DNA of 63,940 nt, the filler included, from Globobulimina sp. (lineage: Eukaryota), in the NCBI GenBank assembly GCA_003354225.1. It is 29 parts of 29 records of this genome, joined end to end, with 100 filler letters (N's around TTAATTAATTAA, not from the genome) between each part and the next. Parts side by side here need not be neighbours in the genome. Positions count along the whole stretch, not along the records: positions 46,389 to 48,495 come from PIVH01008923.1; positions 48,596 to 50,702 come from PIVH01008924.1; positions 50,803 to 52,909 come from PIVH01008925.1; positions 53,010 to 55,116 come from PIVH01008926.1; positions 55,217 to 57,322 come from PIVH01008927.1; positions 57,423 to 59,528 come from PIVH01008928.1; 23 more parts are not named here. One strand, written 5' to 3'. How positions within the stretch are numbered: position 1 is the stretch's first letter; every line of letters starts with the position of its first letter. Positions 46,390 to 57,424 of this stretch are shown here, piece after piece. A program made the position numbers and the translations under genes. Below the pieces are notes generated by a model. It worked only from the letters and a program-made list of their open reading frames with translations, searched no databases and had not been told where the DNA came from.

Positions 46390-48495
46390 CAGAAAAACAC
46401 CATCATTCGGCAAAATAAGCACTTGTTGCGGTTGCGGAGCGAGCGGGATGATTTTGCAGATGTTGTCGAAGAACAATTGCAGGAAAAACGACTGACGGAG
46501 AGATATGGAGTGAGTCCATTAACGCTGGAAATGCTAAATTCAACGCATACGGTACGCAGTGATGATGCACAAATGCAGCAAACATCGCATGTTCGATCTA
46601 TCACTACACCGATAAATGCGACTAAATCGGTGGAAAATACACCTATCACTGGTCCAGTGCCAGTGGATAGGCATTGCCATTTTGCTGAAGATAGTCAATT
46701 TACAGTGGATTATATTGATAGGAATGATACAGATGAGGAGGAGGAGGAAAAAGAGGAATATATGAACATGACTGCAGAACTGACACCAGGCGGGCCAACA
46801 CCAGGTGTGTCATTTTGTTACAGTGTCCATGTTTTTTCTGAAAAGTTTTTGAGTGAACATTAATCTTTAACCATGTCTTGCATGTTTGAGGTGGACCACC
46901 TTCCAGAAAAGCTAAATTTATGCAACTGGACGATATGACACATAACGTGGTCAGGAAGCACCAGGGAGGAATTCGATCAGTACTCACGTCCTCCATCAAT
47001 CCGCACATTGTGGATAAGTTATGGCAAAGAATAATTGGCGAGAACACGGACGACATCAACATTGTGGAACAGAGCAGCGAGATCTGCGATGCGTGGACCA
47101 TTGACGAATGCGAATGTGTGCAACGCGTATTATTTGTGGTCAAGTATTACAGTCAATGGTTGTCGCACAAAGCCATGTATAACAAGCGCAAAAATAGAGC
47201 GACGCGCGATGTCTTCAACCAATTGCCGAATTTGTCACAAATAGACTTATTGTCTAAAAAAGAAGGGTACACCGCCACTATGACCGACTTTATCAATGGC
47301 GGCAAATTAAAGCATTACAATCACGTGCAACTATTAAACGACTTCTTTCATGTCAAAAAATATCACATTAGCGACCCGAATCAGACTGAAAACGTATTTA
47401 AATATTTTGTGGCTGAGTTTGGTTTTTGCGATGTCAAACATTGTGCCAGTTTTCGCCGGAACCATCGCGAGAAGTCCTTCTTTGGCCATCATAATAGGTT
47501 TCGAAGGACGGTGTATCATTTGGACAAGAATGCATTTACCGATTTGCAGGAATATGATGAACACGAAAATAATTCATATGAATTGCATGAGATTAATATC
47601 CAACAATGTTTGGATATGATTCATTCTACGCTGATACATGACTATCATAACACGACCACGGATAACTTGACTGAGTTTGCCAAACAATTATTGAAGTCAC
47701 CATTGACATTGATGGATGAGGCGGATTTGACCGAGCGGGATGAATATAGTTTCACTGGCAACACCGGCTTGACTCCACATCATGGACCGGTGGGTGGCAA
47801 CAGGTTTGTTGTTTGAGTCTCCATGATTTTGCAAGCTGCCATGTTGTCTCAGTGAAGTTTTTTTTGACCATGGCTTCCATGCAAAAATGTGAGCAGTCCA
47901 TAGATAAAACATTGCAAACTTGAACAGGAATACTGTGGGTAAATTCGAGTACGGGTACAAACAAGTCATCAATTCTGTGAGTGGTGGGCGCACTGCGCGA
48001 GTCTCTGTGATTGATGCGCCTTCGAAGAAGTCTGATATATTTAAAGCAGCACGGCCTCAGACCCCGATACCATTATCGCCGCAACAAGAAGACCCCGCCA
48101 GTTTGACGCAAGATGTGTTTTCCTATGGTTTCGGTGTGCGTTTTAGTTATTGGATCCGCGAATGGCCAGACTTTGTACATCCACAGTTCCCCACATTGCG
48201 CGATGAATTATTGGAGAATGATATATATCGAATATCTGCCTTTGAATGGGATTTATTACAGCATCGCGCTGCGATTTTTATGCAAACCAACCATGGCATA
48301 TTTGAGTATGTGGCTAAATTTAAAGGCTCTGGCAACACATTGATGAAAATAGCAGTGGACAGTCGATTGACTATCAACCATTTAATCGCACTGTATACGT
48401 ATACCAATTATCCAAATATTCGCATTTCTTTGCAAAAAGCTTGTTTACGCACTACACCGAATGAGACGTTTGCAAGTGTCCTTAAACGACACGAA
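46390..48495 (+). CDS. Large protein of an expanded family (region preceding an ART-like domain), introns 46805-46890 and 47804-47927, partial at both ends
   Basis: Both introns restore the frame; ECVQRVL..VKYY, LLNDFFHV..YH, C...C..FRRNHR, LDMIH...H, FG.RFSYW, LRDELL, HLIALYTYTN, ETF..V.KRH. Confidence 0.7.
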
Positions 48496-48870
48496 NNNNN
48501 NNNNNNNNNNNNNNNNNNNNNNNNNNNNNNNNNNNNNNNTTAATTAATTAANNNNNNNNNNNNNNNNNNNNNNNNNNNNNNNNNNNNNNNNNNNNTCAAG
48601 GAGAGTTTAAAGTAAATCCTGGTTAAGTGATATTTTGAATGAGTCAGTGAAACAAAGATTTAATGATAAAAAATGGAATATAAATTTATCAAAAGATGGT
48701 TATTACGATTGTTTGATAATTAAGCAATGATTTAATTTATTTTTTTTTGTGATTGTTTTTGCACTTTTTTTGAACTGATCGACAGTTACAAGACGCATCG
48801 AAAAATATTAAAAATATGAAAAGAAAAGCAAAGCAATTAACAAATGTAGTCTATACAAGAAAAGAATGAG

Positions 48871-50259
48871 TTATTTTTTAAACTGATTGGTGGATTTCAG
48901 TGGTTTGTATTTCCGGATGTAGTCATTTGGAGTATGGGTCAAATGCCATTGAAAGACGGATCTGTCGGAGCCGCCGACGGATATTAGATATTGGTCGTTT
49001 GCGGACCATTGGACGGAGCAGACTTGATTGGAATGTCCAGAGTAATAATGGTGTGCTGCTTCCTTCAAAGCCGGGAAGTTATGTATCCGAATATATCCTT
49101 TGTTGTCTGCCGACGCCAACAGCCTGCACTTATATTGTTGCTTTTGTTTGGTGGCTCCGTCTAAATCTAAATCTAAGTCATAGTCCGAGACTGGCGAAGA
49201 TTTCTTAAATTCTCTTCTGCTCAAACTCAGAGCATTCAAATCCGTGCCGTCCCAACCAACATAAGTTTGAAATACGCCCTCAACGGACCAGCCGGCCAGC
49301 AATGGGTCGCCGGAAAAGGCGATTTTGTCCGGATCCAACCAATACAAATAATGTTCGAAGATGAATTTGCTGCGATTCAAGAACCAAACCATCAAATCTT
49401 GATCTTTTGTGAAGGTCAATAACCACTGATTGTCGTCGCTCCATTCAATATCAATTAAACCATTACTTACATCCAAGGAGGCGTCCCATGGAATGATATC
49501 CAAATTGTAGTCGAACACCGCAGTCTCATCCGTCGGGTCGTCGGCGTGATATTTGATGCTAAAAATATGCGCAATCGCATCAATATGACCGGCCGCAAAA
49601 TTCAAGTCATCCGACGACCATTTAATGACTGTAATGTCCGTCGTAAACTCGCTGTTCTTGGCGTCCATTTGCTGCGATCTCTTGAGCTTTTTGTCGATTT
49701 TAAACGGCATTACGACCACTGCTTTGACTTCGGATAAGTTGCAATCTCTCCACGCTAAGATCACTATTTTCGAAGTGGTCAAACCGACCGCCAACAGATA
49801 GCCGCTATGACTGAAGCGCAAAAAGGAGGGCTTCTCTCGTTCATCAAACTTGAAACGAGACAGACATTCAAAGCCATTCATGTCCCATATCCGCAATGTC
49901 GAGTCGTCGGAGCCAGTGACATAAAAAGGTTCATATGGATGACACGCTAAACACTTAACATATCCATAATGGCTATCCAGCAGCAAACGGGTGGCATGCA
50001 GCTGGCCCTCCGACTGTTGCTTGAACAATGCCTTCATACTCAGCTCAATGATTTGGTTGGTCCGCAGCCCCAAATACAACACATTCCGCTTTTGGTCATA
50101 GAGCATGGTCCGCGGCGATTGCGTCTTTAATCCGGTCTCTTCGTCGCCACTTCGCGGCACATAAATCATCCGTTCTTTCACCTTTTTAATTTTCAAATTC
50201 CTCACATTAAATTGACATAATTTGCCGTCCCAACACCATTTAATATCTTTCAAAGGCAA
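48871..50259 (-). CDS. EML/EMAP-like WD40 protein C-terminal half, 5' truncated
   Basis: LACHP...VTGSDDSTLRIWD; GWSVEGVF..GWDGTDLNAL; ADNKGYI..HNFP; YSGHSNQV..V.W..ND.YLISVGGSDRSVFQW. Confidence 0.85.
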   Translation of the reverse strand: MPLKDIKWCWDGKLCQFNVRNLKIKKVKERMIYVPRSGDEETGLKTQSPRTMLYDQKRNVLYLGLRTNQIIELSMKALFKQQSEGQLHATRLLLDSHYGYVKCLACHPYEPFYVTGSDDSTLRIWDMNGFECLSRFKFDEREKPSFLRFSHSGYLLAVGLTTSKIVILAWRDCNLSEVKAVVVMPFKIDKKLKRSQQMDAKNSEFTTDITVIKWSSDDLNFAAGHIDAIAHIFSIKYHADDPTDETAVFDYNLDIIPWDASLDVSNGLIDIEWSDDNQWLLTFTKDQDLMVWFLNRSKFIFEHYLYWLDPDKIAFSGDPLLAGWSVEGVFQTYVGWDGTDLNALSLSRREFKKSSPVSDYDLDLDLDGATKQKQQYKCRLLASADNKGYIRIHNFPALKEAAHHYYSGHSNQVCSVQWSANDQYLISVGGSDRSVFQWHLTHTPNDYIRKYKPLKSTNQFKK

Positions 50260-50495
50260 AGGGCGCCTCCATTGTTATCCAACAGGTTTTCGAGTAAGTA
50301 GTTGGATTTGATGTGGCCACAATAAATATTTCGTACGTTGCGCACTGCTCCAAACACAAAGCCACAGACTCCATCTTGTTAAGACTATTTAATTACAATC
50401 ATTCGGTGACAAAGAACGTGTTCACTTTGTTAACTCTGTGCGTTCAGATACGAATTACTAAAAAATCAATTCAATAATTCACATCATAGCATATT

Positions 50496-50702
50496 ATGGA
50501 AAATAAAATATCGACGAAATCCAACGCAAAGAAACATGATGAGGTTGACAATAAATCCATGGATATTGACCTTAAAATATTTGAAGAAATATCAACAAAT
50601 TGCAATAAATCAAAGAATGAAATCATAGCAAATTGCTCCTATTTACAGCGCTTAACAATGAGCTTAAAATATTTCAATGTGTTAATAAATAATAATAAGA
50701 TG
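50496..50702 (+). CDS. N-terminus of expanded-family protein, 3' partial
   Basis: NCSYLQRLTMSLKYF matches the C..(L/V)QR...KY motif of the gene at 46390-48495. Confidence 0.55.
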
Positions 50703-50844
50703 NNNNNNNNNNNNNNNNNNNNNNNNNNNNNNNNNNNNNNNNNNNNTTAATTAATTAANNNNNNNNNNNNNNNNNNNNNNNNNNNNNNNNNNNNNNNNNN
50801 NNAATTTTTAACTATATTTTTATCCGTTGCATGTCCTATATTTC

Positions 50845-51483
50845 CTAATAACAATTCATCATTGAATATGTTGTTTTAAATTTACGATCCGCATTTTTTA
50901 TGTAACATAAAAACGGAAATTTTCTACAGAAATTGGTAAAATCTGCGTTGACTATAATGATTGGTATAACTTTGCTATATATATCAAATAACGTTTTTTC
51001 TTGTAAATATTTACAAAATTCAATGTCTTTATTTTTTTCATGAATCTCTTTATTTAAAACCACATAAATAATTCTTATTTGTTTTTGGTAGTGAAAGGAG
51101 CGTATTTCGTCAATAATTTGTATCAGTTTTGACTTTGCGTTTTCATCCGTTTTCTCTTCATCATTGCTATAATTATCCAAAATATTGAATGGGATATTCA
51201 CAAATTGATAAATTTTGTGTTTTTCAAACTCTTTTTTTGCTCTGATATCGATGAAAACCTTCCCTTTCTCGTTCCACGTAACAGCTGTAATTCTTGAATT
51301 GCTAAACTGTAACTCATTATATAATGTGTAAATGTCACAATAATCGAATTTAGCACGTTTTGTTGTGAATAAAACTGTGCTATCCACATTTGCTTTGCAA
51401 TCATCTTTTTCTTCGTTCGAAAACATTGTTTCATGAAAACGTTTCACCTGCCAGTGCATGGCAACATATTGCATTGAAAACAT
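50845..51483 (-). CDS. Hypothetical protein (fragment)
   Basis: 212-aa ORF; no family recognised. Confidence 0.45.
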   Translation of the reverse strand: MFSMQYVAMHWQVKRFHETMFSNEEKDDCKANVDSTVLFTTKRAKFDYCDIYTLYNELQFSNSRITAVTWNEKGKVFIDIRAKKEFEKHKIYQFVNIPFNILDNYSNDEEKTDENAKSKLIQIIDEIRSFHYQKQIRIIYVVLNKEIHEKNKDIEFCKYLQEKTLFDIYSKVIPIIIVNADFTNFCRKFPFLCYIKNADRKFKTTYSMMNCY

Positions 51484-51532
51484 AATTTTATCCTTAAAGT
51501 ACTACAATCCCGAAATCTGTGCCTCAATTATT

Positions 51533-52189
51533 ATGGGCGGCACTGATTCAAATTGTTGCGGAGCTCATCCACGATGCAATATTGACGCTGAGGAAGATCC
51601 AGATTTTGGCATAGTTGGAAGAAAACGAAGATCTCAAAATATAAATCCGTTTCCTATATTTCGTTGCCAATCACATTCACATTCATTTGAAATCAAAGGC
51701 AATATAACAGTTTCATCAAATTTATCTGATTATGCGTTGCCATGTGATATTACTGTAAATATCAATGGATTAAGAAATAATACGCATAAAAATACCAATG
51801 TAAATATCAATAATAACAGTTATTACACTGACAATAATTCCCCACAAATACAAAAGAAACAGGCAACAACACCGCACATAAAACAGCAACAAAAACAGCC
51901 AAAACACACAAAGCCGTCAAGCATAAATCCTGTCATTAATGTTAAAAATAACGAGGATGAGAATAAATATACAAATAATTGGATTGCGAGTTATGATCGA
52001 GACAATGAGATGGATGGTACGGATGATATCGATGGCAATGTAGCCAAAGAAGATGAAGATATGGAGAGTATTATCAGTTATTTGAGTAATGCAGAAAATG
52101 AAGAAAAATATGATTTGGATGAAATGCAGACATTGGAATTGCAGAATAATAATAATAATAATAATATATATGTAAAGCAATTCATGTGA
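51533..52189 (+). CDS. Hypothetical protein with MGG..CC lipidation-like N-terminus
   Basis: MGGTDSNCCG..., Asn/Asp-rich. Confidence 0.5.
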   Translation: MGGTDSNCCGAHPRCNIDAEEDPDFGIVGRKRRSQNINPFPIFRCQSHSHSFEIKGNITVSSNLSDYALPCDITVNINGLRNNTHKNTNVNINNNSYYTDNNSPQIQKKQATTPHIKQQQKQPKHTKPSSINPVINVKNNEDENKYTNNWIASYDRDNEMDGTDDIDGNVAKEDEDMESIISYLSNAENEEKYDLDEMQTLELQNNNNNNNIYVKQFM

Positions 52190-53071
52190 AAAATTTGATG
52201 GTCAAAATCCAATATTGATATTAAAACTGGATTCTTTGAACAAAATAAGATCCAGTCTCAAAGGCCATTTTGTCCTATTTGCCATGCTTCCCTTTGTTTT
52301 TTATGTTTGTCCGGATTCAAAAACGAATAGTCAATTAACTGAAAAAGTCTTAACATTTGAGATGCATTGTTGATTGATTCGTGTCCAACATGTATTGGTG
52401 CGTGCCTTCACATTGTTAGAGCGCGTTTGACGTTTTAGCTAATAGTGCCATTAATTCTGCTACTTGATTTGAAGTAAATTGAGTTTTGCTGCTTTAAAAT
52501 GCACAAACATCAAGCAAAATGAGTCAATGGCAACGCTTCCTTGCAAGACTGCCAGAATAGCTGTTGATTGCCATGATTGGTATTGTTTTTATTTATCATT
52601 AACAAATATAGACAAAAATAACAACACACATAACAAGCAGAATTACTTTATGGATAAAATAATATGGATAAAATAATATGTGATGATGATAAAGGACATT
52701 GAATCATGAAATACAAATTGGAATCTCTCAGGGAAAGGAATATAAAGAGGGATATATTGAGGACTTAGTCACGAATATGTGGAGGGCCTGGTGGTCGTTT
52801 AGGAGTATGTGGATGCTATAAAAAAAGAACAAAAATGTCTTGTAATTCTTGTTGTAAGGATCGTTGATTATTAATTGAGAATTGACTAAATTCTTTTTTG
52901 CACATAAATNNNNNNNNNNNNNNNNNNNNNNNNNNNNNNNNNNNNNNNNNNNNTTAATTAATTAANNNNNNNNNNNNNNNNNNNNNNNNNNNNNNNNNNN
53001 NNNNNNNNNCGCATACAATCATAGAAAATGGTGGACTGGGTAATATAGGTACATATTGATTCTCCATCGTC

Positions 53072-53587
53072 TCACACCTCACACCGCAACATGCGACTGG
53101 GAGTTAAAGTAAATTTGATGTTGGGGGAGAGTGACAAACGTTTCGAGAAGAAATCATAAATGCTGACGTCATTCCACGCAAGATCGCGTCCAAACCAAGA
53201 CAACACTCGCTCAAAAGGATGCTTTAGAGAGAGGTAAATCGATAGGAAAATACAGTAAACACCACATAAACATGAATTTGGACCTTGAATTTTCCTTTTG
53301 TTGAATCGAATGGGACGTTCCGATTTTATTAGTTTCAATATTTCTGGTTCGATATCGGTTCGTTTTTCAATACCCAGGGGGTCGAAAATAGTCAAATCGC
53401 CATTCTCGTGAGAATAAATTAAAACAAAATGCCCAATATCTTCCTCTTCCTCTTTATTAGGTATCAAAACAATAAAAATAAATGGGGGTTTATGAGAAAA
53501 GTATACATGCAAATCATTTAAAGGAATACATAGATTAAATATGTTCACATTTTTTCCCATAATGCTGTTCACTTGAACGCAGTCCAT
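53072..53587 (-). CDS. Adenain-like (C5) cysteine maturation protease
   Basis: GHFVLIY (His), IFDPLG (Asp), IQGPNSCLCGVYC (Gln, Cys). Confidence 0.88.
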   Translation of the reverse strand: MDCVQVNSIMGKNVNIFNLCIPLNDLHVYFSHKPPFIFIVLIPNKEEEEDIGHFVLIYSHENGDLTIFDPLGIEKRTDIEPEILKLIKSERPIRFNKRKIQGPNSCLCGVYCIFLSIYLSLKHPFERVLSWFGRDLAWNDVSIYDFFSKRLSLSPNIKFTLTPSRMLRCEV

Positions 53588-53589
53588 CT

Positions 53590-55115
53590 TCAGAGAAAAT
53601 CTGTGGTAACACGAGAATTAGACTGAATCAATAGTTGACTGTCGTACTCCTGTAATAAAACAATGTATGAGAGAGATCTAGTGGTAAGTATCACTCACCA
53701 AAACAAATATAAAACTCGTAGCTTCCTGGAGGGGCGATTTGAATGTGATGTGTACTTGTAAATCGGACACCTTTGGTACATCGCTAGCTTCGGTTTCTCC
53801 CGGCAGATAACTTCGACTAAGATCGAAGGCGATTAAACCATAACCACCTAAGAGCGAACAAGTTTTTAGAGAACATAATAGAAAAGAAGTTACCTAAGTA
53901 GTCTCCAATATTTAAACCGTTCGAATGTCCTACTTCCAAACTTCCGGTGGTTCGTAGCATGGTCCTGTACAATTCGTTCACATCTTTCGTTAAGTGATTG
54001 GGTTTGAATGACAGGGTAGGATAAGAATCGCCCGACGACACCAATTTCAGTTCCGATAGCTGACTCCAATTGATTAGCCAAGGACTGGAAACATTTTTGA
54101 AATTATTTCCTATACACCACCACCCATCTCTTACACTCACCTCATTCGGAAGTCTCCCAAACGTCTTCTGGTCGATACGACAAACAAATAGACACATTTG
54201 GGTAAAGGTCTGTCACCAAAAAGTGTTTCTCTGATCACCGAAGTACCGGCCACTCTACTGAACTCGATAAGTTGTTGGTGCTTGCACGGGTAGCAAGCCG
54301 GACTCGTTCTCAATTGGTTCATAATTTCGAAATGCAGCATGGGTGTGAGTTTGTACTTTCTTACGAACAACTTGATGTTGACTATAAATATGTTATTATA
54401 GCAAATAATACGATGCTACCTTACCCTTACATATTTCGATTTTCAAATTAGCTAACACTTGTTCATCGACCTCTTCTTCCACCGTTTTTTCCGGTTCGGT
54501 ACCCGTTGCGGGTATGGTTCTCGTACGCTTCACTTTGACAGTCTTCATCAACTCGTTCATCAAAAGAAAGTTGGGTTGAGAACGTACCATACGTATAAAC
54601 ACGTCCACATTTGGAATCAATAGCTTATCTTGTGTCGTAATGGGACAAACAATGGGGACGGAGATATTCAAATTTTTGGATCCACTGCACGCATTGTATC
54701 TCGAGTTAAATCCTGAATTACGTTGTACGTCCAATCTGTCGAAAAATGGTGCTTCATCTTGATAAAGTAGGTATGGGAAGTTTAGTTGTCGTTTTGTCGG
54801 TTGAGGAGTTTTGAACACATTCTCCAAGTAGGTCAAGTAAGGATATAGATTGTCGAGACCGCTGATTTGTGTGGAATTTCCCAAACGAACCGCAACCTTC
54901 TCAAACACGGAACTTCCGAAGTTGCCGATGGGAGCGAATCCCGTTTTGTTGGGGGGTATAACTTCGCCTCTTTCCGTCACAACTCTCGCTTGAAACACCA
55001 CTCTCAACGAACTCATATCCAAGAACTCGACGGGGTTGGACATTATGTTAAACGTTATCTCGCTAGCATCGTTCCACGTGGCTGTGGGTAGTAGTTCTTC
55101 TTCGGAAACACCTTC
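53590..55115 (-). CDS. Polinton double-jelly-roll major capsid protein, four introns, 5' partial
   Basis: YPYLTYLE, QDKLLIPNVDV.I...R, LFVRK, ACYP, LP, GYGLIAFDL, F..PL, EYD. Introns 54382-54430 (or -54424), 54085-54140, 53848-53893 and 53650-53698 all restore one frame. Confidence 0.85.
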
Positions 55116-55217
55116 TNNNNNNNNNNNNNNNNNNNNNNNNNNNNNNNNNNNNNNNNNNNNTTAATTAATTAANNNNNNNNNNNNNNNNNNNNNNNNNNNN
55201 NNNNNNNNNNNNNNNNT

Positions 55218-57322
55218 CATCCTAATCAGTACTTCTTTGCAACAGCGGACAATACAAAGATCACATTGACGAAGGAACAAAATGTTTTTATTGATTCAGT
55301 ATTGGAAACGTGTCGTAACGGTACTGAAGCACTACGGGTATTTTTGAGTCTAATTGGCCCTCCTGGTACTGGAAAATCCTTGACTTTTATAGTGGTAGCC
55401 AAAGCAATTTTAGATCAAACAGCTAATGACGAAGGACGAGTTAGTTTTGTCAAACTGGTGAATAAACAGATGGTCAGAGATCAAGATGTAGTAGCAATAA
55501 TAGCACCAACTCGAGAAGCTACGTACGCTTTGTGTAGCAAAGCAGTATTAATGTTGGACTATGGAATTGCAGTTATGGCAAACAAACTTCGTCGATCTGG
55601 AATTACAATCCAAGATCTCCCACGTTATCGTGTCGTACTAATGACACCCATTGATGCTTTGGGTCTACCACTGCCATATGAACAAGTGGAACGGTTATCC
55701 ATCAATCATTACATGTTCAAAGATGAAGGAGCAACACCAGACGTCAAGTTGACAAGAACAGCCTACTACAAAGTATGGGCAGAAGTGGAAGAAATAGCCG
55801 ATATCTTGGCAGTAGAAAATGATTCAAAAGGACGAGCCAATCTTAAAAAGAAGCAAAAGGAATTGGTCAAAAGGGCGAGAAAGGATTTAAATACATTGTA
55901 CAAGGAGACAATGACTTCGTGCAAATTCAATTTGATCATCATGACATTCAAACAGGGTGAAGCTTATCTGGGTAAGTTCAAAGTTGACATGCATATTACC
56001 ACATTATTAGCAGATGAAGCTTCATACGCCACGGATACGGACACCTTTATCTCCTGTCGTTTGTTAACAGACAAAGTAGCAAGACAAATTGTATTATGTG
56101 GAGATCCAATGCAATTAGACCCAGTTGTGCAAGCTCGTGCCGCATCTGGTCGAATATATGCAATCAGCACCCAAGCCAGATTAAATGACCCAGGTTCTAT
56201 CATGAAGAAGGTAATTTGTCCATACACAGTCGAATCTGCCATTGATAACTTGCAAGTCCCAGTTACGACGGCCAGACCAACAGTCATCACTCAAATGTTA
56301 ACCCAGACATTTAGACAATCGGCAATAATGGGAAATTTTACATCGGAAGCCTTCTATGAAGGAAGAGTTAAAACAGGGTTGAACGAAGAACAACAGAAAG
56401 CCAAAGATTGGGCTGGTTGGCGTCTACCTTGGGGAACCGAAGGTTTTTCATATGCATATCTGGCAGTTCGAGGAACAGAAGAAAGTGTTGACGGAGAAAG
56501 CCGAGTTAACATGAATCAAATTCGTCAGGTTGTCATACTGGCTTGGTACATTGGTGAAGTGATGAAAGCATATGAAGTGGAAAATATCATAATATTGACA
56601 CCTTATGGCGGTACAGTAGCTTTGGTGGAAGAAATGTTAGCACAACGTTGGAACAACAAACAGAAACGACCTCGATGCAAAACAGTGGACTCAGCTCAAG
56701 GACAAGAATATCCATGTGTGATTTTCCTAACAGTCCGCTGTGCAAGTTTGGACCATTTGGCAAAGTTTTGGTCTATGTATGGAAGAATGGATCATAATTC
56801 AACTGATCCTGAATTTGAACGTCATTACCCCAATTACGAACATGCTACAATTCCGAATTACACCAAGGTTTGGTTCACAGGATTCTTGCAGAATCCAAAT
56901 CGTATCAATGTGGCTACTAGCCGTCATCAAAAAGCATTGATCATAATCGGCGATCCCTTAACAGGAGATCTTAGTCTACCATTGTATTTGCTTAGCCGAT
57001 GGGCATTGGCTAATCATACTTTGTTTGAAGACGGAGTAGCAGCTTGGATCAGAATATCAGAACATAATCGGAATTACTGGTACAATGGGGAACATCAAAT
57101 GAAACCATTGAGTACTATTCGAGCAGAATCAGTAGCTAAATTGGGGCCTCATAGACCATTACTGATGTGTAAAACAGACGCACTGGAGAAATGGATGTTC
57201 GAAGATTCACAATTTCCGGAAGCAGTCAAGGAAGAAATCCAATTACCACCACAACGTCAAATGAAATTGATCACCAGAGAATCTCCAACAGGTAATGTTT
57301 TCAGTTTAAACATGATTTTTTC
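55218..57322 (+). CDS. Divergent superfamily 1B (UPF1/DNA2/NAM7-like) helicase, partial
   Basis: LTKEQ, GPPGTGKS, APTREA, DEAS, GDPMQL, FR, ILTPY, TVDSAQGQE, RINVATSR; possible intron donor GTAATG at 57292. Confidence 0.9.
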
Positions 57323-57424
57323 NNNNNNNNNNNNNNNNNNNNNNNNNNNNNNNNNNNNNNNNNNNNTTAATTAATTAANNNNNNNNNNNNNNNNNNNNNN
57401 NNNNNNNNNNNNNNNNNNNNNNAC

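Larger units (their letters stand above)
53010..55116 (-). mobile_element. Polinton/Maverick (adintovirus-like) morphogenesis module fragment
   Basis: Major capsid gene followed 2 nt later by an adenain-like protease, then another ORF start near 53067. Confidence 0.85.

Noticed and set aside
52190-52909. Possible minus-strand gene remnants
   Set aside because: All frames I checked are interrupted by stops and no family motif is recognisable.
53010-57322. Polinton module plus helicase as one viral genome
   Set aside because: A linker at 55117-55216 separates them; the adjacency reflects length sorting only.
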